This document shows, in pieces, positions 49,191 through 59,084 of a stretch of 64,000 nt of DNA. The position numbers and the translations under genes were made by a program. How positions within the stretch are numbered: the stretch's first letter is position 1; each line of letters opens with the position of its first letter. Source of the stretch: Catajapyx aquilonaris (Eukaryota). The stretch covers positions 62,001 to 126,000 of the forward strand of contig KZ538020.1 of the NCBI GenBank assembly GCA_000934665.2, given 5' to 3'. The notes under the pieces are model-generated. The model made no database searches. It saw only the letters and a program-made list of their open reading frames with translations, and was not told the origin of the DNA.

Positions 49191-49871
49191 CAGGCAAAAT
49201 CTATTCCTATATAATGCGAGTATATGCCTCTTTCCCTGTCAGGTAATTCAAGAGAAAGGGCCAGAATTCTTTCCCGTAACGAAAACAGGAGCAAAAATAT
49301 GTCAGAAAGAACAGAGGCGGAAGAATAATAGGTATACAGGGAAGCATCTATGAACTTATTTCGGTCCAGAGACCGCGGATAAGAAATCTCAGCATCGCAA
49401 ATTGCGCTTAATCCCACCGGACATTAAAAGTGAGACTCGGGGTTATTGAATTCGCCTTACTATTTGCAACAGACGGAGGCAAAGCTCCCATTTCCGTCGT
49501 GTCAACTGAGCTAGGACGAGAGACGGCAGAGAGAAAATCCAACCAAATTCATCCTTTCCCCTTCCTGCTTTACCTTTCCTTCTCTTTGCCTTTTCCTGCA
49601 TCTCGCCCGCTGCTGTCATAATCTCCTCTTACTTCTGCGATTCCTCCAAGGACTCCACGATCTACGCAGTCATTCAAATGTTGTTTCAGCCTGACTTTTG
49701 CTCTTTTCTATGATTAAACCAGATCTTGTGCTCAGGTGCGTCCACACAGAAGGCACAAAGTGCATCAAAATGTGAATATTCTACTGAAATACCACAGATT
49801 GTGAAGTCTTTGCTCTTGCAGTAAACTTGGAAGTAATGAGAAACCAACAGAATTTACTATGATGTAATACG

Positions 49872-50078
49872 TTATTTTTTCCAATTTATTTTCTTGAAAA
49901 TGTTGGACCTATATTCACCTCTGCGGAAACAAAGAAGATTTGTCTTATTTAGATTTATCTCGAAATATTTTTGACGAATATTTAAATTACATTGCAGATA
50001 AAGTTGATTATCTGACAAAAGGACTAGGTCATCAGCATATGCTAGTATGGTTATGTTAAATTTTTTATTACAACCCAA
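49872..50078 (-). mobile_element. LINE reverse-transcriptase fragment
   Basis: ILAYADDLVLLSDNQLYLQCNLN..YFEINLNKTNLLCFRRG: the catalytic YADD plus the downstream LQ..LN and IN..KT motifs of non-LTR RTs. Confidence 0.88.
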
Positions 50079-52187
50079 AAACTGCGATATTTATACGCCA
50101 TTTTTGCCAGGCACATCCTCGTGGAAATATTACATCAAAACGGCCTTACTTGAGCAATAAGCGAATACACAGCAACGGACGCATAAGTCAATACACCAAC
50201 ACAACTGTCGACTGGGAGGCTGGGCTTGGACAACTGAATGATATTGACTGAACAAGGGAAATTCATGTCTGGCCGGAATTTCGACGAATTTGAGCTTTCC
50301 TGGGATTATTCAATGCCATCTGACAAGATTTGTAATTTACAGTCCTCCCGTGGACGAGAAAGATAAATGGCGTTGTGAATAATGGGCAGGAAGCGATCAA
50401 ATTAAGCAACGGAAGTTGCACTGTGTATTCAATTTGAAAGGAGGCGTCGGGTGGCGTAGTTGCAATATATTCCTTCCTCACTGACGCAGCGGAAAATAAA
50501 ATTCGACAGAATATTACTGTTATGATTTAGTGAGATGCTACAAAAAAAAAATCTGGGGAGTATGTGACGAAAGTGCGAAATCTGGAAGCTGTGACGTCAG
50601 GACGATTCCAAGTGAGTGAGAGGGCAGCATGTACACTACACAACTAAGCAATCCCCACCCCCCACCCCTTCCATTCCTAACCTTCCCACCCCCACCACCC
50701 CTCGACAGCACTTCTCCCTTCCCGACAAGTTGCCGTCCAATCAATACAATGCGGACTCTCCACCCGCTCCTATTGATTCCCGATACAGGAATCAACAAAT
50801 CAAACGTACATGCCGAGCCTTCGATAGCCATCGATCATTTTTTTCCCCCCCCCTCAAATCAATAAATCGATGCCTCGTCACCTCACCCTAAACCTAGGCC
50901 CGTGTTGCTTCGTACCCAGTGCGGTTGCCCTGACACGGGTCTATCATCCTTTGGAAAAAAAAAAAAAAAAGTTTGTGAATCAGTACAGTCGCCCCTTGCC
51001 TAGAAAAATTAATCGAACTAAATTTTTTTGTGTGTAATCAGTTCAATGGATAATATTATTGTGTGTACTTGCAATGACATGGCTGTACTAATTATGACAA
51101 TTTTTAAATGGGGGCAAACTAGTACATACAACAATTTTCTAATAACCATGCAGTTTAATGTGAAAAAATGACTATTTATTATTTTTGATTTGCAAGTATA
51201 CACAAAATGCAATAACTCTAAGAGAGCCATAAATTACATGGTCTGCAATATGTGCTGAATGTAAAATGGATTAATATTGTCATTCCTGAGTTTATACGTT
51301 TATAAGCAGACTCAAGCAGTATTATTCTGCCATGACCTTATGGGAAAAATAATTGTGCAAGGAATACAGAAACAGCAAATAAAATTCACGGGCATAAACA
51401 GCTATAACCTCAATCTAGCTCAAGCAGTGTGTATATATACAATGATTGAAGTCGAGTGTTTATACTGTACCTGCATATAATGTTACAAAAGCTGACACCC
51501 ACGGGACCAAATTTTCCAACAATAACCACCATAGTTAAATTGCACATTTTACACTCTTTTTTGCCCATGCCAACACGGACCATCCAGCTTTTGTCCTAAA
51601 TTTTCATCAAACCCCTCCCAAATCCGATTAATACCCGACGAGCATCTGACTCAAGACAATATTAATGCATAAAATAGGAACCGAGTCATTACTCGTAGGC
51701 GTACTAAGCGAGTTGCATCGAGCCAGAAATACGAAGATAGATAGGTACATTTAGATGAGTAATAAGAGCAGGGCGACAGGCAAAGCATAGCTAGGTTAGC
51801 CCATGGGACATCGGTCCTTGGATGCTGCACGTCCATCTCGCGTTTTCCATTGGGGGGGTGGAGGGGGAGATTGGGAATGAGGTTTTTTGGAGGGGGGATG
51901 GGGGCAAATGAATGCAGTGTCCCCCTCGCCTTGAACCGGGCCCGATCAAGCTAGCTGATCAATATGTTTGCCTCCACATCCCTTCCATCGAGCACAAAGG
52001 GAGGTGGTGGTGGTGGGTGATGGAGGGGGTTGGAGGGGGAAAACTGGGGATGGGGGATGAGAGGGAGAAATATCACATATATCCGTCGAGTTTTGACCGT
52101 TGCCTTGCTGCCACGTTTGGCAAACACTGGTTATAATCCATAAAGTGTGGGAAGAAACTGATGATATGATTGACAATAATGACTTAC

Positions 52188-52245
52188 AAGTTGACGATAT
52201 CATCCCAACCAGCACTCACCTGCAAAGAAAGAAAAATATAATTAT
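52188..52245 (-). promoter_or_regulatory. Candidate recursive splice (ratchet) site with a 32-nt cryptic RS-exon
   Basis: Minus strand reads ATAATTATATTTTTCTTTCTTTGCAG|GTGAGT (junction 52220/52219), with a second donor CTT|GTAAGT at 52188/52187. It is on the same strand as the cut/CUX exon. Confidence 0.55.
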
Positions 52246-52872
52246 TTACAACCAAACGATCTTCCGCAGTAAACCCAACGGATAAAAATCTCGATCGAAA
52301 AGGAACGAGAAAAAATAATGTATGGGCCGGTAGTTATTAAAACGAGAGTATAAATTCCACATGAGTGCGGGCCCCACAAAAACCTCCATCCCGAATTTGC
52401 AGGCCGCACAACAAACCGAGGTGTTAAACCTCTTTAAACACGCAGCGCAAATATCGGATTTCAATACGCGCCCGTTTTAAGTATACTGGGGTCCGATACA
52501 CTAAAATTATAGTTCCCATTGCGCCGTGGAGATTGGGAGCCGCCGAGTTTTTAGTGAGAGTGACATTATACAGCATCATAAATATCGCATAATGGCGCAA
52601 GGAAGATCCATATGAGCTTTGGGTTAATTTATTCTGTCATATCTCCACCGCAATGACGCCACGGTTGAATATACGACCGTTTGACCGCAATTGAAAGGTA
52701 TAGCCATCCAGCTCGTCCCGAACCAGATTTATTTGGGGGAGGGGGGGGGGGGAGAGGGACCCCCGCCACAGGTGACGAGCCCCATATCAGATTGTGGTCT
52801 CTTTCACTGCCCATCCTGGGCTAGGGCACAACGGAATACAGATTTACAAAATTATAAATTTATAAAAAATTA

Positions 52873-53163
52873 TATTTATTTATTTATTGTACCTCGTGAT
52901 GGCCCTTACGTGTAATGTAGGGAGGTGGTACACCACCATTTTCCCTCACTTTTCGAAGTTAACTTCACTCCGGTGCAGGGAATCAAGGATATTGGGAAAG
53001 GATTGGGATTTTCGGGGAGGGGACACGATTGCAATGTCTCAAGTTTGGGCCATGTGTAGTCCCGCGGGAAGTTAGGTCGCCAGACACCTTCAAGGTGCAG
53101 GTCAGAGACCCTCCCGACGCAGGTGAAAGGGAACTCCCAGGCGGGGATCGACCACATCTCCCC
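52873..53163 (-). mobile_element. tRNA-derived SINE, family 2, with an internally deleted head
   Basis: Body matches 56262-56597, with an (AAAT)n tail and probable TSD TTATAAAAA(A)TTA at 52860-52872 and 53164-53175. Confidence 0.88.
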
Positions 53164-53273
53164 TTATAAAAATTAATAATATTTCACATATCGCCAATAT
53201 TCATCAGACTTGAAGACGCATCTTCAAGTCTGATGTATATTGGCTATAGGTGAAATATTATTAATTTTTATAA
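53164..53273. repeat. AT-rich foldback (~53-bp near-perfect arms)
   Basis: TTATAAAAATTAATAATATTTCAC..CATCAGACTTGAAGA pairs with TCTTCAAGTCTGATG..GTGAAATATTATTAATTTTTATAA. Confidence 0.88.
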
Positions 53274-53286
53274 ATTTTTTCGAGTT

Positions 53287-53336
53287 TTACCAGTTTTTTG
53301 GGCGTGTCACATGTGACACGCCCAAAAAACTGGTAA
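53287..53336. repeat. Perfect spacer-less 50-bp palindrome
   Basis: TTACCAGTTTTTTGGGCGTGTCACA|TGTGACACGCCCAAAAAACTGGTAA. Confidence 0.95.
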
Positions 53337-56098
53337 GAAGCGCGGAAAAGTGGCAACGCAGAGCTGTTTAGTTGGGCAGAACAAGTGCAAAAGAGAAGGA
53401 GAAATGAAGGAGGCATCGATCAAATCGATCCGTCACTTGAGTCTCCGCTTTTGTCCTTCAAGTGGCGTCCTACTGCCAAGGGTGGGGACGAGACAGAGGT
53501 GGAGGGATGTCGGAAAGCCTTATTTGACCTCAAACAACCACACATGACATACAGTACTACGGGTCAACACCCTAGCCATATGACCTAAAGTTAGTGTATT
53601 CCTCTCTGCGAAATAATTTTTTCCCCCCTACTCTCAGAGTGTATATGCTGGGAGTATGTGACACGGGCTGTCAACTGAGCATATCGAGCAACCCCCCCCC
53701 CCTCCCCCCTCACTTCTCTTCCATTTAGTGGGCATATGCGGGCAGCCTTGTCGCGCTGGAAGCAAAGTTGCTCGACTCGGCGCCAACCGCGACCTTTCCA
53801 TTGAGCAGCGGGGGCACGCGCAACACCCGGATTCAAAGGATCACAATTTTAACATTCCAATCCAGGGTCTAACCTTACATTTTAATCGGGACACACCAAC
53901 AGAGCATAACATGTGGCTAGGGTTCGCTTTTTCGCCGAGCTGGGTGGAGTTTAAAAAAAAAAAAAAAAGTCCATTTAGGGCGAAAAACACGGGACTCCCA
54001 CTGCCTTGATGGGGCTGAGGTACAAAAGAGCGAGCGCGACACGGCTTGTTCTTGCTCCGTTCGCACATGTCTCCCATTCATGGCCTGCTCGTGTTCCCTG
54101 CCGGATACATGCCCCGCTCACTCACTCATTGGCAAGAAAATTAGGGACTTATATATAACCCTATGATCATAGGGATGGCAGCTGTTCAAGCCAGGAAAAA
54201 CTCTTTAATGACAATAATTCTGTAAGGGAAATTCATATCGGCCACCATTTTCCAAGAAAGAAAATATATGCCATAAAATTATTCTTCCCCATCTCAGTTC
54301 GGTTCCATAATGCTAGCCCACAGGTAAACGCCTATTTTTTTGTTGTTGTTGCTGTGCAGGCAACTAATTACCGAAATTGCTGAGCATCAGCCTCTTCCTG
54401 AATGAAACACGTGCCTCCAGGTGTTCTTTAGATAAGCCAAGCACTCATCCTACCGATGCACTCCATACGGGGCGGTGCGATTTTGCTTGTTCATTTTCTG
54501 GCCATTTACACGGCTCAGATGACCACTCCGAGGCACGTTTTGGTCATTGGACTGAGTACCTTGATGAAACATTTCTCGTACATTAGTAGAGGGGGTCAAT
54601 TTTTAGCTGGAATTTTTCATATTTCTTAATGGCCATTTCATAATTCTGATAATGTTTGTCCACACATCTCTTCTTCATTCCTTGGGAGGAGTTGCAAGAG
54701 CCATCTGGAGGGCGGTGACAGAAACACACAGCCCCAGACAGAACATCAGAGAAAATGATCTTCTGCCATGTTCTGCAGTAATTAATACCAGTGCCGCAGT
54801 CCCCCTTGGAAAACGGAGGGGTCCGAAAATCAATATTTCAAGCTGCTGAAAGTTCCACCCCTTTCCCTCCCCCTTTTCCCCCTCCCACCGACCCATCACC
54901 CACCCACCCACCCCCCACTAGTCCTATTCCTCCTCCTCTGCCAGTCCATCCAAGGCAGAAGGCAGGCTCACCCCTTTCCAATCAATTTAATTAAATGCAT
55001 TGATCTTATCGATCGGTCATTAATCACTCCAGGTATACCCTCCCCCCCCTCTACTTTTACATCTATGTGCACCAATAAAAGGTCTAAGCCTTTCAAACAA
55101 CCCCCCACCCTCACCCTCAAAGGATGTCCAGACTTTACTCCGCAACACCAATCAATTCGCATTCTCGCAACCTTGTCTTGTCTGGCAGCTGGCGAAATTC
55201 GCGCCGGGATTGCGATTTATAGGCCTTAGTTCATTTGAGGCACTAGCACTACAATAGTTTAGGCGTAGGAATGGGAATAGGTCAACTTGGAAAAGAAAAA
55301 CTATTTTTGTTCAAATTTTTTTGGGGACCACGATGAATGGGTCCCTGAACTGCCAAATTTAGCACTAGAGGCTATTGGGTGTAGTAGAAGTCCATTTACA
55401 AATGTCACTCCTATTTTCGAGAAGAATCGAACGTAGACCACGTGATCCCCTCTTAAAACATTTATGAAGGTCACCTCACTTTCCTAATCAACTCATAAGT
55501 AGGTGTGAATAAAACAACGCTTTCCCAACTTGCGCCGAGTGGTCGCCAAAGTCGTTGACACCCCGTCCTCCCCACTCCCCATATAATCCCCCCCCCCTAC
55601 CCTCCCCACAATTACAAGTCGGACGATGGCATGTGTCGCTTTCTCGTGACCATCCGCGACCTCTTCCTTCCCTTTTTGACATAACTCCGCGTGAGAGGGG
55701 ACAGCCCCGTAAGGACACCCGAGTGACCACCCCCTTCGAGAGGGGAAGTCCTCCTCCCTTCAAACATAGCAAATGTTTAGCGATTTCCACCATCCCCCCT
55801 TTTGGCCAGTATTGAACGATTCGAGAGTGGCGAATAAGGGGGTGGCAGTGGGTGGGAGTGGGAGAGAAGGGAGAGGAAAGTGTCACGCGTGGCCATCCCT
55901 GTCTCTCCCTCCCCCTCCCCTCGGATAATTTATCGATTGTAAGCTCCTGGTTTGATCAATTAAGCCACTCGAGCTCGGGCACTTGGGCCACACACACACA
56001 CACAAACTCTCCCCCTTAGCCCCTCCCTCCCCATTACATCTCCGACTCTTCCCCTACCCTCCTGAGCATGTGTATGTGAAAGAAAGGACAGGAAGTTG

Positions 56099-56234
56099 TT
56101 ATGGGGCTCAAATTCTTTTGGCCACTTTATCCTGGTCTTGTAGCAACCCTTCACACACTTCCTCACCGTGGGGCCTGTGCGAAGGGTTGCTTCAAGACCA
56201 GGATAAAGTGGCCAAAAGAATTTTAGCCCCATAG
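56099..56234. mobile_element. Palindromic MITE family A, copy 6
   Basis: TATGGGGCTCAAATTCTTTTGGCCAC..GTGGCCAAAAGAATTTTAGCCCCATAG|TA. Confidence 0.9.
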
Positions 56235-56261
56235 TACAATGCTAATATTAACACTAATATT

Positions 56262-56597
56262 GGGGAGGTGTGGTGGGCGAAATGGTAGCGTCTCGGCTTG
56301 CTGAGTGAAAGGCCCCAGGTTCGATCCTCGCCTGGGAGTTCCCTTTCACATGCGTCAGGAGGGTCTCTAACCTGCATCTTGGAGGTGTCTGGCAAGCTAA
56401 CCTCCTGGGGAACAGCACATGACCCCTTTTTTCAGACAATGGACTTGCACCCATGTTCCCTCCTCAAAAAATCCCTATCCTTACCCAATCTCCTTGATTC
56501 CCTTCACAGGAGTGAAGTTAACTTAGAAAAGTGATGGAAAATGGTGGTGTACCACCCTCTATAGAACCTGTACGGGGTACAAAAATTTTGTAAAAAA
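56262..56597 (+). mobile_element. tRNA-derived SINE, family 2
   Basis: A-box-like TGGGCGAAATGG and B box GGTTCGATCCT. Possible TSD ATTAAC[A/G]CTAA at 56247 and 56598. Confidence 0.88.
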
Positions 56598-57421
56598 ATT
56601 AACGCTAACAGGGTCAAACATTCTGTTGATTTCATAACACTGACGCTTTAACACATCCCTTTTTAAAGATACTGTATATCGGTTAATCCCATTACAGCAT
56701 GTAAGCCACAAATCCATAATGCTCAGTTTTAACCGTTGGCATCCTATGGGGGTCGAAAAAATTTAGTTTATATTGACAGTGCATATTAAATATGCCGATC
56801 ATTAATTATCTAGGGCTACCAACATCAACTGCCTATTAAATCCATGCCCAATATCAAAGAAGCCTCCCCCAACCTCATAAATACTATAGATACAGCCAGA
56901 GAGCGCCGCTGGTCAGGTGTGCCCAGAAGTGTGCAAATGTGGGAGGGGGGAATTTCCAAAAGGTAAACTCTGCATCCTGGGAGTGACTCTCCCGAGGCTC
57001 TTCCCTCTCTGGCAGCCTGCAGGAGAGGAGGGGAGGAGAAAGGAGAAGGGAATGTCAACGCATCTTGCTTCTCGAGTGACTGTGCCCAAGGGTCTGCCCT
57101 CCCCTCATCTCCTCAGCGCCCTCTTGAGCTGCTGACCGGCCACTGGTCGCCGTTACACAATGCAACCTCCCGCCCTCTTCTGGACAAGTGGCCTCTCTGC
57201 ACAATCTGAGACAAAAATCCACCTGCTGGTCACACAAGCCGACGGCCAAAGCGCTACTTACTTACCTAACCAGAGGCCACTTTCCCTATCCCGTTACCTC
57301 AACCCCACTTTTCCCCTCGTATATACCTGCACACTCGACAAAAAACTGCGCATACCTGTCTAAAAAGAGGAGTCGAGGGAGATACTCCTAATATTTATGT
57401 ATATGGCAAACTAACGCAGTA

Positions 57422-57798
57422 CAGTGTTGGCCATTAATCGCATCGTACTGCTAGCGACATTTTTGGATGCGGCAGACGTACAAATCGAAGTGATTGAGTG
57501 CGAACCGTGTGAATCAGAAGAGATAGGCCTTGGGTGACGTCACCTTCTCCATTGCCCTCCAGCCGGTGCCGTCACCCAAGGCCCACCTCTTCTGATTCGC
57601 ACGGCTCGCACTCAATCACTTCGATTTGCACGTCTGCCGCATCGAAAAATGTCGCTAGCAGTACATGATCATCATCATCACCACCATCACGACATTTCCC
57701 TATAACGGGTAGTCAGCGATGATGTCGTACTGCTTGCGGTTCTCCAGAGATGATCGGGAGAACCGCAAGCAGTACGACACGATTAATGTCCAAAACTG
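57422..57798. mobile_element. Tc1-like MITE, family B, with two internal hairpins
   Basis: TA|CAGTGTTGGCCATTAATCG..CGATTAATGTCCAAAACTG|TA. Large hairpin at ~57446-57664 and a perfect 23-bp-arm hairpin at 57723-57779. Confidence 0.88.
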
Positions 57799-59023
57799 TA
57801 CAAGAATCAAAATAGTATACTCTCATAACAGGTCAAATGATCAGGCCAGCTAGCGCGGCTTTCAAAAGACTTTTAAAAAAGGTTAATTCGCACGGTTCCG
57901 TACCTCGTTGTGTGCTTTATTTGTGTCCTTTCAGTACAAAGGGTTTAGTTATCATTTGAATTCCGCGCTTCACAAATTCATCGCATAAATAAGCCTCAGA
58001 AATGACCGTTCTTTTCAAGCTTCCAGCCCAAATTATAAATGGACCAGGGAGCAGCGAGAGGGAGATGGTAAACACCAATGGCAACATCAGCAAACATGGT
58101 AAATATGTATATGACAGCAGCATGGCATTTGCGTGGGGGATGAGAGTAAGGACAAATAGCTGAGAGGCACTGGGCAATCCATCCGGAAGAGAATGCTCTC
58201 TCTCACACACACATATACACACCCCACACACAACCAGTATACCACCACCGTCCTTCCCCCAACCCCCTCCAAAAGCGAAGGTGAATCCTTTTACGAGCCT
58301 CCTAGGAACCATCTAGCTCTCTCCTTGCGCCTCCACTCCTCACTTCCGCCATTAAATCTCCACCTTTGTCGTCCTCTATCCCCACATATTGCACATCTCC
58401 CCCAACTCCTCCCTCCTACTTCCTTCAAACTCGATACCCAACTGATTCCCAGGCTTTGCAATAACCGCCTCAAACTCAAATTTATGGCCCTGCCCCACTT
58501 GAAGGACCCTGTATCTATCCATACACTTCCTGAAAAACTACAAAAGGCTGAACTTCCAAGGTACTTCCAGTACTAAAGAGCAACCGTCATTTCAACACTA
58601 ACCACTAACGGGAGAAAAAAATGTTAACAACCTTATTAATAGCTGTTACTTTACACCTTCCTTAGGCTAGGTAGCCATAATTCCCTAGTATTTTCCCCTT
58701 CATCCACTAGCAGCCATAGTCTCCTTGCGCTGTTAGGTAAATGCCGCAACCACATGAGCTTAATTACATTTTCCATCCGCACCGAATTTTTCGTAGCGAA
58801 AGTAATAAAAATGCGAGCTCTATATACAACAAAGCGAGGTGACCATCGCCCCAAGCGCAAAGGTTCCCGCATACTAAAAAATTACTGTTTTCCAAAACGT
58901 TGAGCAAAATGCTCTTTCGACTCTGCAGACACCACACTTCAGCCGATTTGCATAATTCTGTTGTTTCTATCTCCTCTCCCCACCAGGCACTCATTTTTAT
59001 CGTACCTGTATATACTAGAACGC

Positions 59024-59082
<59 letters not shown>
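59024..59082. repeat. (TAT)n microsatellite, about 19 units
   Basis: Perfect trinucleotide run. Confidence 0.97.

Positions 59083-59084
<2 letters not shown>

Noticed and set aside
42204..56340. tRNA genes at the A/B-box heads (42204, 43634, 46216, 56262)
   Set aside because: There is no complete cloverleaf or acceptor stem, and each head continues into a shared SINE body.
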